NCBI GenBank assembly: GCA_964016885.1
Contig: OZ024745.1
Coordinates: 13,454,001 to 13,518,000, forward strand
DNA: 64,000 nt
Direction of reading: 5' to 3'
Source: Eledone cirrhosa
Lineage: Eukaryota
The notes beneath the pieces are model-generated. The model did no database searches, was not told the DNA's origin, and saw only the letters and a program-made list of their open reading frames with translations. Positions 37,811-48,902 of this stretch are shown here, one piece after another (position 1 is the stretch's first letter; each line of letters starts with the position of its first letter). Position numbers and translations under genes: made by a program.

Positions 37811-40800
37811 ATGACCTCACTCAGAATAGGCAGCATAAATGCGCGTGGCTTGGGGTCGTCATGGAAGCAGGGCCACCTGCTCAACGACCTCAGGTCACTA
37901 AACATAGATGTAGTGGCCATCAGCGAGACCAGAATCTCCGAAGCACAGGCTTTCGCACCGATCTTCGGCGGCTACGATGTGTACGCATCTCCCAGCCGTC
38001 CGGGATCGGGGGGAGGAGTTGCTGTGCTTTTTCGGAGAGGTTTGGATCTTGCCATACGGGCCATCTTCCTGGACCCAGAAGGTAAGTTGGTGGTGCTGGA
38101 CGTGACCAGCGGAGACGGGCAAGCTTTCAGGTTAGTGGCCGTCTATGCCCCGACAGGAGCAGGGCGGCCTGATTTCTTCCGGCGTCTGGAGACCTTTCTT
38201 GGAACGTCCCGCTCTTTAGTGTTAGTGGGCGACTGGAACGGGATCTTAGATGCACGCTGGGATTGTGTGGGATTAGTGGATAGGGAAGGAGGGTGCAAGA
38301 GTCTCACCAACCTGCTCAGACGTTTTGAACTGTCTGACAGGTACCGAATGGATTTCCCGAATGTACCAGTGTGGACTTGGACAAATCGCATAGGGTCATC
38401 CAGATCATATCTAGATAGAGTATTTTGTAGGGAAATAGATAGGTCTAGCATAGGCTGTCCACAATTCAAGATAGTCAGCTACACGGACCACAAATTCGTG
38501 ATCTGTGTGCTTGACTTAGATAGGCTTCATAGACGAGGACCCGGCTACTGGAAGCTAAACGCGTCCTTACCAGCGCGCAAGGCCTACAGAGACCGGATTA
38601 GCGAACTAGTTAAGCGGGCGTTGACGGGGGCCATCGTCAACAACAAGTGGTGGTTTGCTCTGAAAAGAGCAATTAGAATAGAGTCCATTAGGTTTAGTAA
38701 GACTTTAGCAATAGAGAAAAATAGAGCAGAGGGAGAATTAGTTAGAAAATTAGATGAGGCGCTTAGCAAAGGCATCGCGACCGACGTACTTGCGGCGAAA
38801 TTGGCCCTTGACCAATTCTTCAATGCAAAGCACGAAGGCTGCGTTGTCAGAGCTAGGGTGCGTGCTCTCAGACACGGGGGGACGAAAGCCGTTCAATGGG
38901 CCCGAGTGGCGGAGGCGCGTCGTGGCAACAAAGCCACGATCCGGTCTTTGGTGGACCACGACGGGCGCATGCTACTCGATCCCGGGAAAATGTGTGAAGC
39001 TTTTCAGCGACACTCCGCTCAACTGTTCGGGGGCAGTGGCGGGCCGGATCGAGGGATGGACTTTAGTGTCTACCTCGACGGACTGCCGCGGCTTTCGGCC
39101 ACTGAGGCGGAGTGTTGCGAAAAGCCGATAACAACCGCGGAAGTACGGGATGCAATGACTAGTTGCACAAGGGGTAAATCGCCTGGTTTGGATGGTCTGC
39201 CCTATGAACTTTACGTACAAATGCCAAACTTGTTCGGAGGCCTCTTGGCGGACGTCTACTGCAACTGGCAACAGAACGGGAGAATATCCAGCTCTGTGAG
39301 CCGAGGAGCGGTGGCGCTGCTGAGAAAGGATCCGAACAAGGGGGATAACATAGATAATTTTAGGCCCATAACTCTGCTAAACACAGAGTTCAAGATTTTG
39401 GCCAAGGTGCTAGCAAAGAGGTTGGCGCTTGTCGTTGGTGGTCTGGTGGGAGAGGCACAGACATGCGCCATTCCCGACAGATCCATCCACGACAACCTCC
39501 ACCTCATGCGATACATCGTAGAGAGGGTAGCTAGGGAACCTGGCACGGGTGGGTCTTTGATCAATTTAGATCAGTCGAAAGCCTTCGATAGGGTCGACCA
39601 TCGTTACCTAACGGCAGTCCTGAGGGCGGCTGGCTTTGGGCCCGTCTTCAGCGGCTGGATCGCTGCCATGCACAGCGACATCTGCTCTGTAGTGAGAGTG
39701 AACGGTCACCTTTCGGAACCGTTCAACATCATGCGCTCGGTCCGCCAAGGATGTCCCCTCTCGTCTCTATTGTACGTATTGACTCTCGAGCCATTACTGC
39801 ACAAACTGGAGACGTTGAGGGGGGTCCCGCGCGAACTAGGATGCGGAAGATCCGTGTCAGCATATGCCGACGATGTCACCGTAGTGGTGTCGAACGCCAA
39901 ACACATCGAGGCGATCGGCACTACACTAAGAGAATACGAATCGGTGACAGGAGCAATGATCAACCAGGAAAAGTCAGTGGGCCTGCAGCTCGGCACCTGG
40001 AGAGGCAGGTCCATGCCGTCCAACAGCGTCGTCGGGCGCTGGACGGACGGACCGGTTAAATTGCTAGGGGTCTGGTTCGGTCCAGACCTCCAGACGGACA
40101 AAAACTGGGACGAGGTGACGAGCAGGGTGGCTTCTCTCACCCAGAAATGGGCCGAGAGGAAGCTATCCCTGAAAGGTCGAGCGGAGGTGGCGAATGCGTA
40201 CATCGCATCCGTCATCTACTACCGCCTGACCGTCGTACCTTGTCCTATGCCCCGCCTGACTGCGCTGGAGCGTTTGCTCTTTCGCTTCTTGTGGAAGGGA
40301 CGCGCTCCGATGGTTAGGCGGTCCATCTGCTGTCAACACCCGCTACGTGGAGGGCTGGGCATGCCGTGGCTGATGATGCGCAGACACGCGCTCAGGCTAC
40401 GACATCTCCACCTCTTCCTCGACGGTGATCAGGTGTGGTCGCCGTTTGCAAGACACGTTTTTCCCCAGCTCGTCTCCTTGACGGAGCTGCAGTCCTGGGT
40501 CAAGCGAAGACCGAGAGGGAGCGCTTGGAGACTGGAATGTCTTCAGGCGCTCACAGCCCTCGACCAATCGGGCAATGTGATCGGTGGAAACTCCACCTTG
40601 GCGTTCTATAGGGGATTAGTGGAGGGGAAGAGCGACGACGTACTTGGAGAAACTCTAGGCGTCGACGAAAATCAACTAGCCAATCTCTTCGGAAGGACTT
40701 TCGGGCCGGGGCCTATGGACAACTTCCAGAAATCCCTGGCCTGGCAGTGCTACCGAGAAGCTTTGCCAGTTCGGGATAAACTCTACAGGCATGGAGGTGC

Positions 40801-41230
40801 CGTCAGCCGGGCATGTCCGAGATGCGCGCAGGGCGACGAAACCGTCCTGCACGCACTCGTCCAGTGTCCGAGCATTGCTGACTTGTGGGTTTATGTCGAA
40901 CACCTGCTGTCACGTGTAGGATGGATCCAGCTATCAGCTGAGTCCATCGTGAGGATTGCCCCGCCCCCTTCCTTTAGCCTGGAAGGGCAGGCAGTTTTTA
41001 TCTGTCTGGTGGCCATGGCGAAAGAGATAGTATGGTGGACACGTTTGAAAGGGCTGAAGACGAGCACTTACCTCTTCGGTGATGCCCTGATTAACTTTTT
41101 CAAATTTCATTTGAAAAGGAAAATCAGGGTAGAGAGGGAAGTGCTCTCTTCCCAGCATTTTGTTGAAAGATGGGTGAGAGAAGCAAGTATGGCCCGAATG
41201 AATGGGCCTTCTCTGAGTATGTGTCTGTAA
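37811..41230 (+). CDS. Tx1 ORF2 polyprotein: APE endonuclease, reverse transcriptase, C-terminal Cys/His domain (1139 aa, intact)
   Basis: INARGLG, AISET, GDWN, SYLDR, TDHK; KSPGLDG, DQSKAFDRV, QGCPLS, YADD; CPRC..ETVLHALVQC. Confidence 0.96.
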   Translation: MTSLRIGSINARGLGSSWKQGHLLNDLRSLNIDVVAISETRISEAQAFAPIFGGYDVYASPSRPGSGGGVAVLFRRGLDLAIRAIFLDPEGKLVVLDVTSGDGQAFRLVAVYAPTGAGRPDFFRRLETFLGTSRSLVLVGDWNGILDARWDCVGLVDREGGCKSLTNLLRRFELSDRYRMDFPNVPVWTWTNRIGSSRSYLDRVFCREIDRSSIGCPQFKIVSYTDHKFVICVLDLDRLHRRGPGYWKLNASLPARKAYRDRISELVKRALTGAIVNNKWWFALKRAIRIESIRFSKTLAIEKNRAEGELVRKLDEALSKGIATDVLAAKLALDQFFNAKHEGCVVRARVRALRHGGTKAVQWARVAEARRGNKATIRSLVDHDGRMLLDPGKMCEAFQRHSAQLFGGSGGPDRGMDFSVYLDGLPRLSATEAECCEKPITTAEVRDAMTSCTRGKSPGLDGLPYELYVQMPNLFGGLLADVYCNWQQNGRISSSVSRGAVALLRKDPNKGDNIDNFRPITLLNTEFKILAKVLAKRLALVVGGLVGEAQTCAIPDRSIHDNLHLMRYIVERVAREPGTGGSLINLDQSKAFDRVDHRYLTAVLRAAGFGPVFSGWIAAMHSDICSVVRVNGHLSEPFNIMRSVRQGCPLSSLLYVLTLEPLLHKLETLRGVPRELGCGRSVSAYADDVTVVVSNAKHIEAIGTTLREYESVTGAMINQEKSVGLQLGTWRGRSMPSNSVVGRWTDGPVKLLGVWFGPDLQTDKNWDEVTSRVASLTQKWAERKLSLKGRAEVANAYIASVIYYRLTVVPCPMPRLTALERLLFRFLWKGRAPMVRRSICCQHPLRGGLGMPWLMMRRHALRLRHLHLFLDGDQVWSPFARHVFPQLVSLTELQSWVKRRPRGSAWRLECLQALTALDQSGNVIGGNSTLAFYRGLVEGKSDDVLGETLGVDENQLANLFGRTFGPGPMDNFQKSLAWQCYREALPVRDKLYRHGGAVSRACPRCAQGDETVLHALVQCPSIADLWVYVEHLLSRVGWIQLSAESIVRIAPPPSFSLEGQAVFICLVAMAKEIVWWTRLKGLKTSTYLFGDALINFFKFHLKRKIRVEREVLSSQHFVERWVREASMARMNGPSLSMCL

Positions 41231-41472
41231 ATTAAAGGTGGAAAACTGGGAGAGGGCACTTGCCCTGGTGGTCAGGGCCACTGTGGTCTTTTAATGGGCT
41301 TTCTCCACAAATGTCCCTTGGAAGTCTCCCCCCTATTGGGGAATTTTTCTTTGTTATTTTATTTCAACCTCTGTTTTTTTACACGCAGAAATGCCCATTT
41401 GTACCGTCCTGTATTGTCCTGTACTGTCCTTAATGTCTACTTTATGTGAACCCTTGTGGTTAATAAAGAAAA

Positions 41473-41473
<1 letters not shown>

Positions 41474-41528
<55 letters not shown>
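41474..41528. repeat. (TTA)n shared by the 3' ends of elements C and D
   Basis: Direct inspection. Confidence 0.95.
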
Positions 41529-41529
<1 letters not shown>

Positions 41530-44500
41530 AGTTGCATTTATCTTGCTTTATGTTCATACGAGTTATCACCAAGTCACAACCAGTGACCTCAAGAGACAAC
41601 AAGGTCCGCCATGTTCAAGAAAGAACATACATACTCACACATGCATCTTTAGTGTTTAGACTTGTGATGTACTTATATTGACAGAATCTTCCTTAGTATA
41701 TGGGCAGTTCCCATTAGTACTATCTTTTGTATTTCTCCTATACGCAGGTTTCCTGGGACTTGCGATAAGTAATCATTAGACCCCTTAGGTATCATTCCCA
41801 GAGCGCCTACAACCACTGGTATTATTTTAGTTCTCAATTTCCACATTTTTCAAATTTCTATCTCCAGGTCCTTATACTTGCTCAATTTTTCAAATGTTTT
41901 TATAGATACATTCTTGTCTATTGGAACAGACATATCAATTAGCAGGTATACCCTCTTTTTGAAGTCCTTCAATATTATATCAGGTCTATTTGCATCTATT
42001 TTTCGGTCTGTTTGGATGCTAAAGTTCCACAAGATTGAGATGTGATCTTTTTCAAGTATGGGCGGTGGTTGATGCTCCCACCAATTCTTTTGATGGGGCA
42101 GGTCAAAATGCTTACACATTATCCAATGTATGTATTGTGCAGCTCTGTCATGCCTGTTTAGGTATTCGGTTGGAGCTATAGGACTGCACATTGAAATTAT
42201 ATGGTCAATGGTCTCTGGTTGTTTTTTGCATACACGGCATAATGGGCTGCATCCATTTTTTATTATGTTGGCTTGGTAATTTTTTGTTGGCAGACACTGA
42301 TCTTGTGCTGATATAATCAGTCCTTCAGTCTCCGATTTCAGTCCAGAGGATGCCAACCACTGATGGGTTAAAGTTTTGTCAACATCAGGATTGTTAGCTC
42401 GCTCTGGGTATTTTCCATACAGAGGCTTTTCTTGCCATTTCTTAGCCAGTTTATGTAGCAGTTCTTTCTTTGCAGTTACTTTTACCTGCTTTGCTTTTTC
42501 TGTGTTTTCCATTTCAGCAGTAAATGGGACTTCTGAAATTTGTAGTCCATTACTGTATCTTTTTGCATCTTTTGTAATGGAATATGATCTTTTGATGCTT
42601 TCGTGTTTCAAAACGAGTTTGATCATCCAATCATATGATTCCCTTAGATATGTAGATAATCCAATTGTTGCAGTTTTCAACGCAATGTCTAACTGGATTA
42701 ACCCACGTCCTCCTTTTTTTCCTAGGGAGATATATTCTATCTATATCTGCCTTAGGGTGATGCATTCTGTGCATGGTTAAGAGTTTTCGAATTTTTGTAT
42801 CGAGCCTACGGATCTCTGTGCTTGACGAGTTGATGACATTGTAACTGTAGGTTACTACTGGTATGGCAAGCGTGTTTATGGCATCGATCCTATTCCTTGC
42901 ATTCAATTCCGTTCTTAAGATTGCTCTTACTCTGCGGTAACATTCCTTCCTTATCCTTTCCCTCATTGTCGAGTGCTTGATTCCGTCTCCTTCACAAACA
43001 CCTAGATATTTGTAAGTTTTTTCTTGATCAAGTTCTCTTATCACGTTCCCCCGATCAAGATTAATGTCTGAACTCTTCAGCAGCTTTCCTCTGGTGAACG
43101 TTGCTTTGGCGCATTTGTCTAGTCCAAACTCCATTTTAATGTCATCACTGAACTGCTCCACAGTGGATAATAGCCCTTGCAATTGTTCATCATTTTTTGC
43201 AAATAGTTTCAGGTCATCCATGTAGAACAAGTGATTAATGGTTTTGTCATAGACTTTATATCCATGTTTTGTTTCATTGAGCATTTTACTTAATGGTATA
43301 AGTGCGATGCAGAATAAAGGCGGTGATAAAGAGTCACCCTGAAAAATTCCACAATTAATATTAACTTATCCAGCTTCCAGTGATTTTGTTTCACTATTCA
43401 AAAGGAGTGTCGTTTTCCATGTCTTCATACTGAATGACAAAAACCTCCTGACAACGGGGGATATTTTGAAAATCTCTAAACATTTTTCAATCCAACTGTG
43501 TGGCAAACTATCGAATGCTTTTTTATAATCTATCCAAGCAATCGATAGATTTTTGTGTCTATTATGACAATCTTCCAGTATCATTTTGTTAACCAGAAGC
43601 TGATCCTTACAGCCATATGAGCCTCGTTTACACCCTTTCTGCTCAATGGGAAATAGGTCATTTGTTATCAGGTGGTCATATGTGTATTCAGTTAGGACTG
43701 ATGTTAAAATTTTATACATTGTGGTCAAGCAAGTTATCGGTCTGTAATTTTTGGGATTGTTTGTCTCATCATTCTTCGGAAGCAGGAATGTAATGCCGTT
43801 AACTAGCCATGATGGTATCTTTTCTGGCTCCTTAACTATTTCATTGTAAAGTTGGGCTAACAGCTCATGAGACTCCGTGAAGGCATTTATCCAAAAGTTT
43901 TGTATTTTGTCTTTTCCTGGGGATTTCCATTTGCTGGTTTTTCTTAGAGCCAAGCGCAACTGTTCAACTGTTATATTTTCCCATATTTGTTCCTCAAGGT
44001 GAGCTGTATCTTTCATTTGTCTGTCTATCCATGGGGCATGTATGTTATGAACTTTTTCTTCGGCCCAGATCTTTTCCCAGAATTCTTGCACTTCCTCCTT
44101 GGGTGGTATTGATTTAGCAGTTATTGTTGACTTACCAATTTTTCTGTAGAAGTTTCTTTGGTTGTTTTTGAACATATTATTGTCCTTATAGAATCTAGAT
44201 CGTTTTTCAAAGCGCCTTATACGAGCAGCTTTGGCCGACACTTTTTGTTTGATTATTTCTATCAGCATGTCTATGTCACTTGTTGATTTTATACTGTACT
44301 TTTTTTTCAATTTTCTAAGTTTAGTTTGTTTAACATGTTCACCTACTTTATAGTTTGTTAAAATTTCTATGTCAGATCGGAGAAGGTTTATTTGGCGGTT
44401 GATGTTCTCTTGCCAAGTAGATTTCTTGTGGGAATTCCTTTGTTTTTTCATCTTCACTCCACATAAGTGAGTGGTGACTTTAGCCGATGCATAATAGAGA

Positions 44501-45485
44501 TGATTTAAATCAGTAATGTTTAGTTTGTTTGTGATGATAATGTTTTTGAGAATTATGTTAGTCTTGTGTATTATCTTTTGGTTCTGTTTGGAGTTCTGGA
44601 TCTTAGGGAGGGTGTCTCGTTGCCCCATGTCAGATTCTTTCATTTTCATCCATTCGATCATAATTTCATCCTTCAAGTTGGCAAGTTCATTCTCATTCAT
44701 TTCTTTATCATTTACGATCTCATTATTTTCATTTGGAGTTTCATCTTGAGCATGCACTCCCTCCACTTTTTCGATCCTTTCTTTAATTTGTTCTGTTGCC
44801 AGTGATTCCGCCCCAACCCTGGGATTCGAAGTGTTACAATTTACCTCGTTTTCACTGACACGTTTCATTTTCCCTTCGCCGACTTTGTGCTAATAGCTTG
44901 ATCTGATCAATTTCTATATCAGTTAGTAACTTTTTTCTTACAATATTTCTTCGTATATTGGCTAGTTTGTTGCTGTCAATATAGCCTCTGTTTTCGGGAT
45001 GTTTCTTTTTCCAGTTGATATATGTCTGTTCTGTATTCGATGTATTTGATGGGTAGTACATGGCAGTGTAGAAAGCCTCATGGACTTCTTTATTATCTTC
45101 CCTTGACCATTGTTCTCTCTTTTTCTTTGGATTTCTTGGTGGTGCGCATGGAGGGCCAACAGTAGGAGTATTCCGGTTATGGGAGGTCTCCAGCTCCGAA
45201 GTGATGGGAAGGTTTGAACCATTAGCTGATTTTTCGACCCCAGTCTGGTTCCTCTCTGAGGGCGCGGCCCTTTTTTACCCGGGTGACGGCCGATCCGGTA
45301 TGAGATTTTATCATTAGACATTTACTTTATTTTGTCGCGTTTTATCCTTATCCGCCAAGGGGTAATCATTTCGTGTTACCACTTCTAGAACGAGTGTCAA
45401 CCAAGACTAGAGGGGTCGTTCTCCCCTAGAGACACGGCTATTCCCCGCCGGCCGCCATCCCGGTATTTCTTGGTCACGGGGTTTT
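41529..45485 (-). mobile_element. R4/Dong-like non-LTR retrotransposon D (RT + restriction-like endonuclease), near full-length, frameshifted
   Basis: [83 protein letters not shown]; stop at about 41673; (TAA)n tail. Confidence 0.92.
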
Positions 45486-46077
45486 CTTTTTGTTTTGTTT
45501 TTTAAATTGTTATTATTATGAGTGGTTCCTTAATGTGAGCATTGCGTGGCTTAAGAATGAAATTATTAATAATTGTCTCCACTCCAGGCACAAGGCCAGC
45601 AATCACCCAGTGCATTACAATAATATAATATACTTTTTACTGAAGTTGCCTGTTATTGTTGTTGGCTATGTCGGTGGTGGTGCTGGGGATTTTTATATTG
45701 TTGGTGAGGAAGGGGTGAGCTAGCAGTGCCATAGTTGTTGATGTTGACGTTTGGCCGGTGGCCAGGTCACTAAGTCAATCTATTTATATCTTTTGCTAGC
45801 TTCTCCCTTGTCTAGTGATACCGCCACCTTCCCCTTTCTCTCTCAAGTTAACAGGGGAATAGTGGAGGTAGCAATGAAGGAGTGGTGGCGGCAGTGATGG
45901 GATAGTGGTAGCAATGATGGATGGGTGGGGTGGTGGCGGCGGTGGCTTTGACGTTACTGAGTTTTGTGATATGTAGTATATATGAGTGTGTGTCGCGTAT
46001 GTTTAATATATATTGTGTTGACATATTCCCGTAAAATTGGGATCAAACATTTTTTTTTAAAAACTTGAGACAATAAT

Positions 46078-46268
46078 TGTTTCTACTTTAGACACAAGGC
46101 CAGCAAATACCCAGTGCATTACTGGTACTTTATTTTATCGACCCCGTAAGGATGAAAGGCAAAGTCAACCTCGGCGGGATTTGAACTCAGATCGTAAAGA
46201 GACGTAACTATGCTGGAAAGCATGGCGTCCGACCCTCCACCGATACTGCCAATCCACCGCCCTAAAAC
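46078..46268 (-). mobile_element. tRNA-derived SINE (family 1) with 25-bp TSD
   Basis: TTTTTTAAAAACTTGAGACAATAAT at 46053-46077 and 46269-46293. Confidence 0.9.
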
Positions 46269-46674
46269 TTTTTTAAAAACTTGAGACAATAATAATAGTA
46301 ATTATTATTATGATGCTGGGATTGGTGGTGGTGGTGGTGAAATTGCCGTTATCTGGCTGTTATATTTAGTGTGATGGGGTAGGTGGAGTATCAAGTTTCT
46401 GGTGTTGGTGAAATTGCTGTTATTTGGCTGTTCTATATAGTGTAGACAGAGGGTGTTTTCTTCCATTTATAACCATTTTCTTTTTTGAATGCAAAATATA
46501 TAATACAAAATTGAATATTTGAGCGATATAACAATATAATATGGATCCGAAATTTGATGGGGCTTGACTCGGTGGTTTATACAACATTTGTACTAAGAAT
46601 TGTTATTTCACAATTGATTTAAATATGTTAAAAATCAAAAACTTACGCGAGCGATTTCATGACCTTCTACCACT

Positions 46675-46887
46675 TGGTGGTCAGGGTCATTGTGGCCTTT
46701 TACTGGGCTTTCTCCACAAATGTCCCTCCGAAGTCTCCCCCCTATTGGGGAATTTTTCATTGTTATTTTTTGTTACATCCTCTGTTTTTGTTTTTTACAC
46801 GCAGAAATGCCCATTTGTACCGTCCTGTATTGTCCTGCACTGTCCTTAATGTCTACTTTATGTAAACCCTTGTGGTTAATAAAGAAA

Positions 46888-46889
<2 letters not shown>
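46675..46889 (+). mobile_element. 5'-truncated 3' UTR copy of the Tx1 element C family
   Basis: Matches about 41267-41473; followed by (TTA)n. Confidence 0.9.
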
Positions 46890-46934
<45 letters not shown>

Positions 46935-46948
46935 GTTGTTATTGTTAT

Positions 46949-48900
46949 TCCTTGAATCTCAGTCATTGATGTTGGTTAACTGGAGAGTCCGTTGGATTGA
47001 ATATCAAGCCACTACCTGCAGCCTCAGATATTCAGGACGTATCGGAGGGTTCTTGCTGCTCCAAGCAAGCATGCCTTTTGAAGCGTTCCAAAAAGCGTGA
47101 AGGGGCCGATTTTCTTTAACCATCCCTGGAAACCTTTGGAGATAGTCCCCAGTGCGCCTATGACAATCGGGATCACTTTGACTTCATGGCAGTTCCAAAT
47201 CCTTTTCACCTCCCACTTTAGGTCCTGGTATCGGTTAATTTTCTCCCTCTCCTTCTGTTGCACTCTCGTGTCGAACGGGCAGGCCACATCCACAATCAGG
47301 CACGATCTTTTTTCTTTGTCCACAACCACCAGGTCAGGTCTATTGTGTTCCAGTTTTTTGTCCGTCTGTATCCTAAAATCCCACAGCACCTTCACCTGAC
47401 TGTTCTCCATCACCGCATCTGGCTTATGCTCATACCATTTCTCAGAATGTGGTAGATTGTTTACTTTGCACAGGTGCCAGTGGATCACCCTGCCCATCAC
47501 ATCGTGTCTCCAGCCCTTATAGTGGGTCTGGGCTAGGTGTTTACATTCGGACACAATGTGAGCCACAGTCTCCTCTCTCTCTCCACAGATCCTGCACAGT
47601 GGGCTAGCCTCCTCCTTGTAGATATGGTGCTTCAACCACTTCGTTTTGAGGGCCTGCTCCTGCGCAGCCATTAGCATTCCTTCTGTAGCCTTTTTGAGGT
47701 CTCCTCTTCTCAACCAGTTCCATGTCTGTGGATCTCTAAATTCAGTTTTCTCAAAGAAGGTACTATGAAGGGATTTTCCCTTAAGGCTGCTCTTCCTCCT
47801 TGATGTTATTTCCTCCTTGGGCATCCCCTGGCCTACTGTCCCCTCCTTCAGTACAGTTCTGAGCATTGGCTCCTTACTATAGGTCACGTATTTGTATAGG
47901 TTGTTTTTCTCCATCTGAACACAGTCCTCTATGCTGATAAGACCTCTTCCACCCTCAGATCTCCTTAGGTAGAGTCTATCGACATCACTCCTCTTGTGGA
48001 ACATGTTGTAGATAGTCAATAGCTTCCTAGTCTTCCTATCCATTTCTTTTTGTTCAGCAACATTCCATCTCAGAATTCCCGCACTGTACCTAATAATAGA
48101 CACAGCTCGGGAATTTACTGCGCTTATGGCATTTCTGCTGTTCAGATGTGACTTCAATACGCTCCTTACTCTCCGAATGTATTCAGTTCTTAACAATTCC
48201 TTCATTTTTTTGTTCTTTATGCCATCAGCCTCCAGAACGCCCAAATACTTGTATCCTTCCTCAGAGTCAATTTCCTTTATCATCTCACCTGTTGGTATCT
48301 GGATCCCGTTACTTCTGCTCAACCTACCCCTCTTCATCACAATGACTCCACATTTACCAATACCAAACTGCATACATATATCACTGCTGAAAATACGGAC
48401 AGTGTCAACAAGCACATCCAACTCCTTCTCACTTTTCCTGAAGAGCTTAAGATCGTCCATGAAGAGGAGGTGATTGATGGTAAGCTCTCCCCTTCCCAAC
48501 TTGTATCCTGCTCTCACTTTTCGCAGCACAATGGTTAAGGGCATCAGGGCAAGGACAAACAACAGAGGGGACAGGCTATCTCCCTGGAAGATACCTCTCT
48601 TGATCTTCACGCTTCCCAAGGATACTCCAGTTGATGTCAACTCTGTCTCCCAGGACCCCATACTCCTGCCCAGCAACTGTCTGATGTTATCTGCCACCCT
48701 GAAGATCTCCAGGCTTTTGGTGATCCAGGAATGAGGCACCATGTCAAATGCCTTTCTGTAGTCTATCCATCCCATGGCAAGATCAGTGTGTCTCCTCCTG
48801 CAATTCCCCATTACCATCTTATCAATAAGCAACTGGTCCTTTGTACCACGTGACTTCTTTCGGCATCCTTTCTGTTCGTCCGGTAACAAGTTGTTTGTGT
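46949..48900 (-). mobile_element. R4/Dong-like element E, 5'-truncated, with an uninterrupted 621-aa RT-RLE frame (47024-48889)
   Basis: [40 protein letters not shown]. Confidence 0.93.
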
Positions 48901-48902
48901 GT

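Larger units (their letters stand above)
35560..41473 (+). mobile_element. Full-length L1/Tx1-clade element C in (TTA)n
   Basis: 5' UTR, ORF1, intact ORF2, 3' UTR with AATAAA; (TTA)n on both sides. Confidence 0.95.

Noticed and set aside
46190-46263. tRNA gene
   Set aside because: A/B boxes belong to a SINE head; no cloverleaf.
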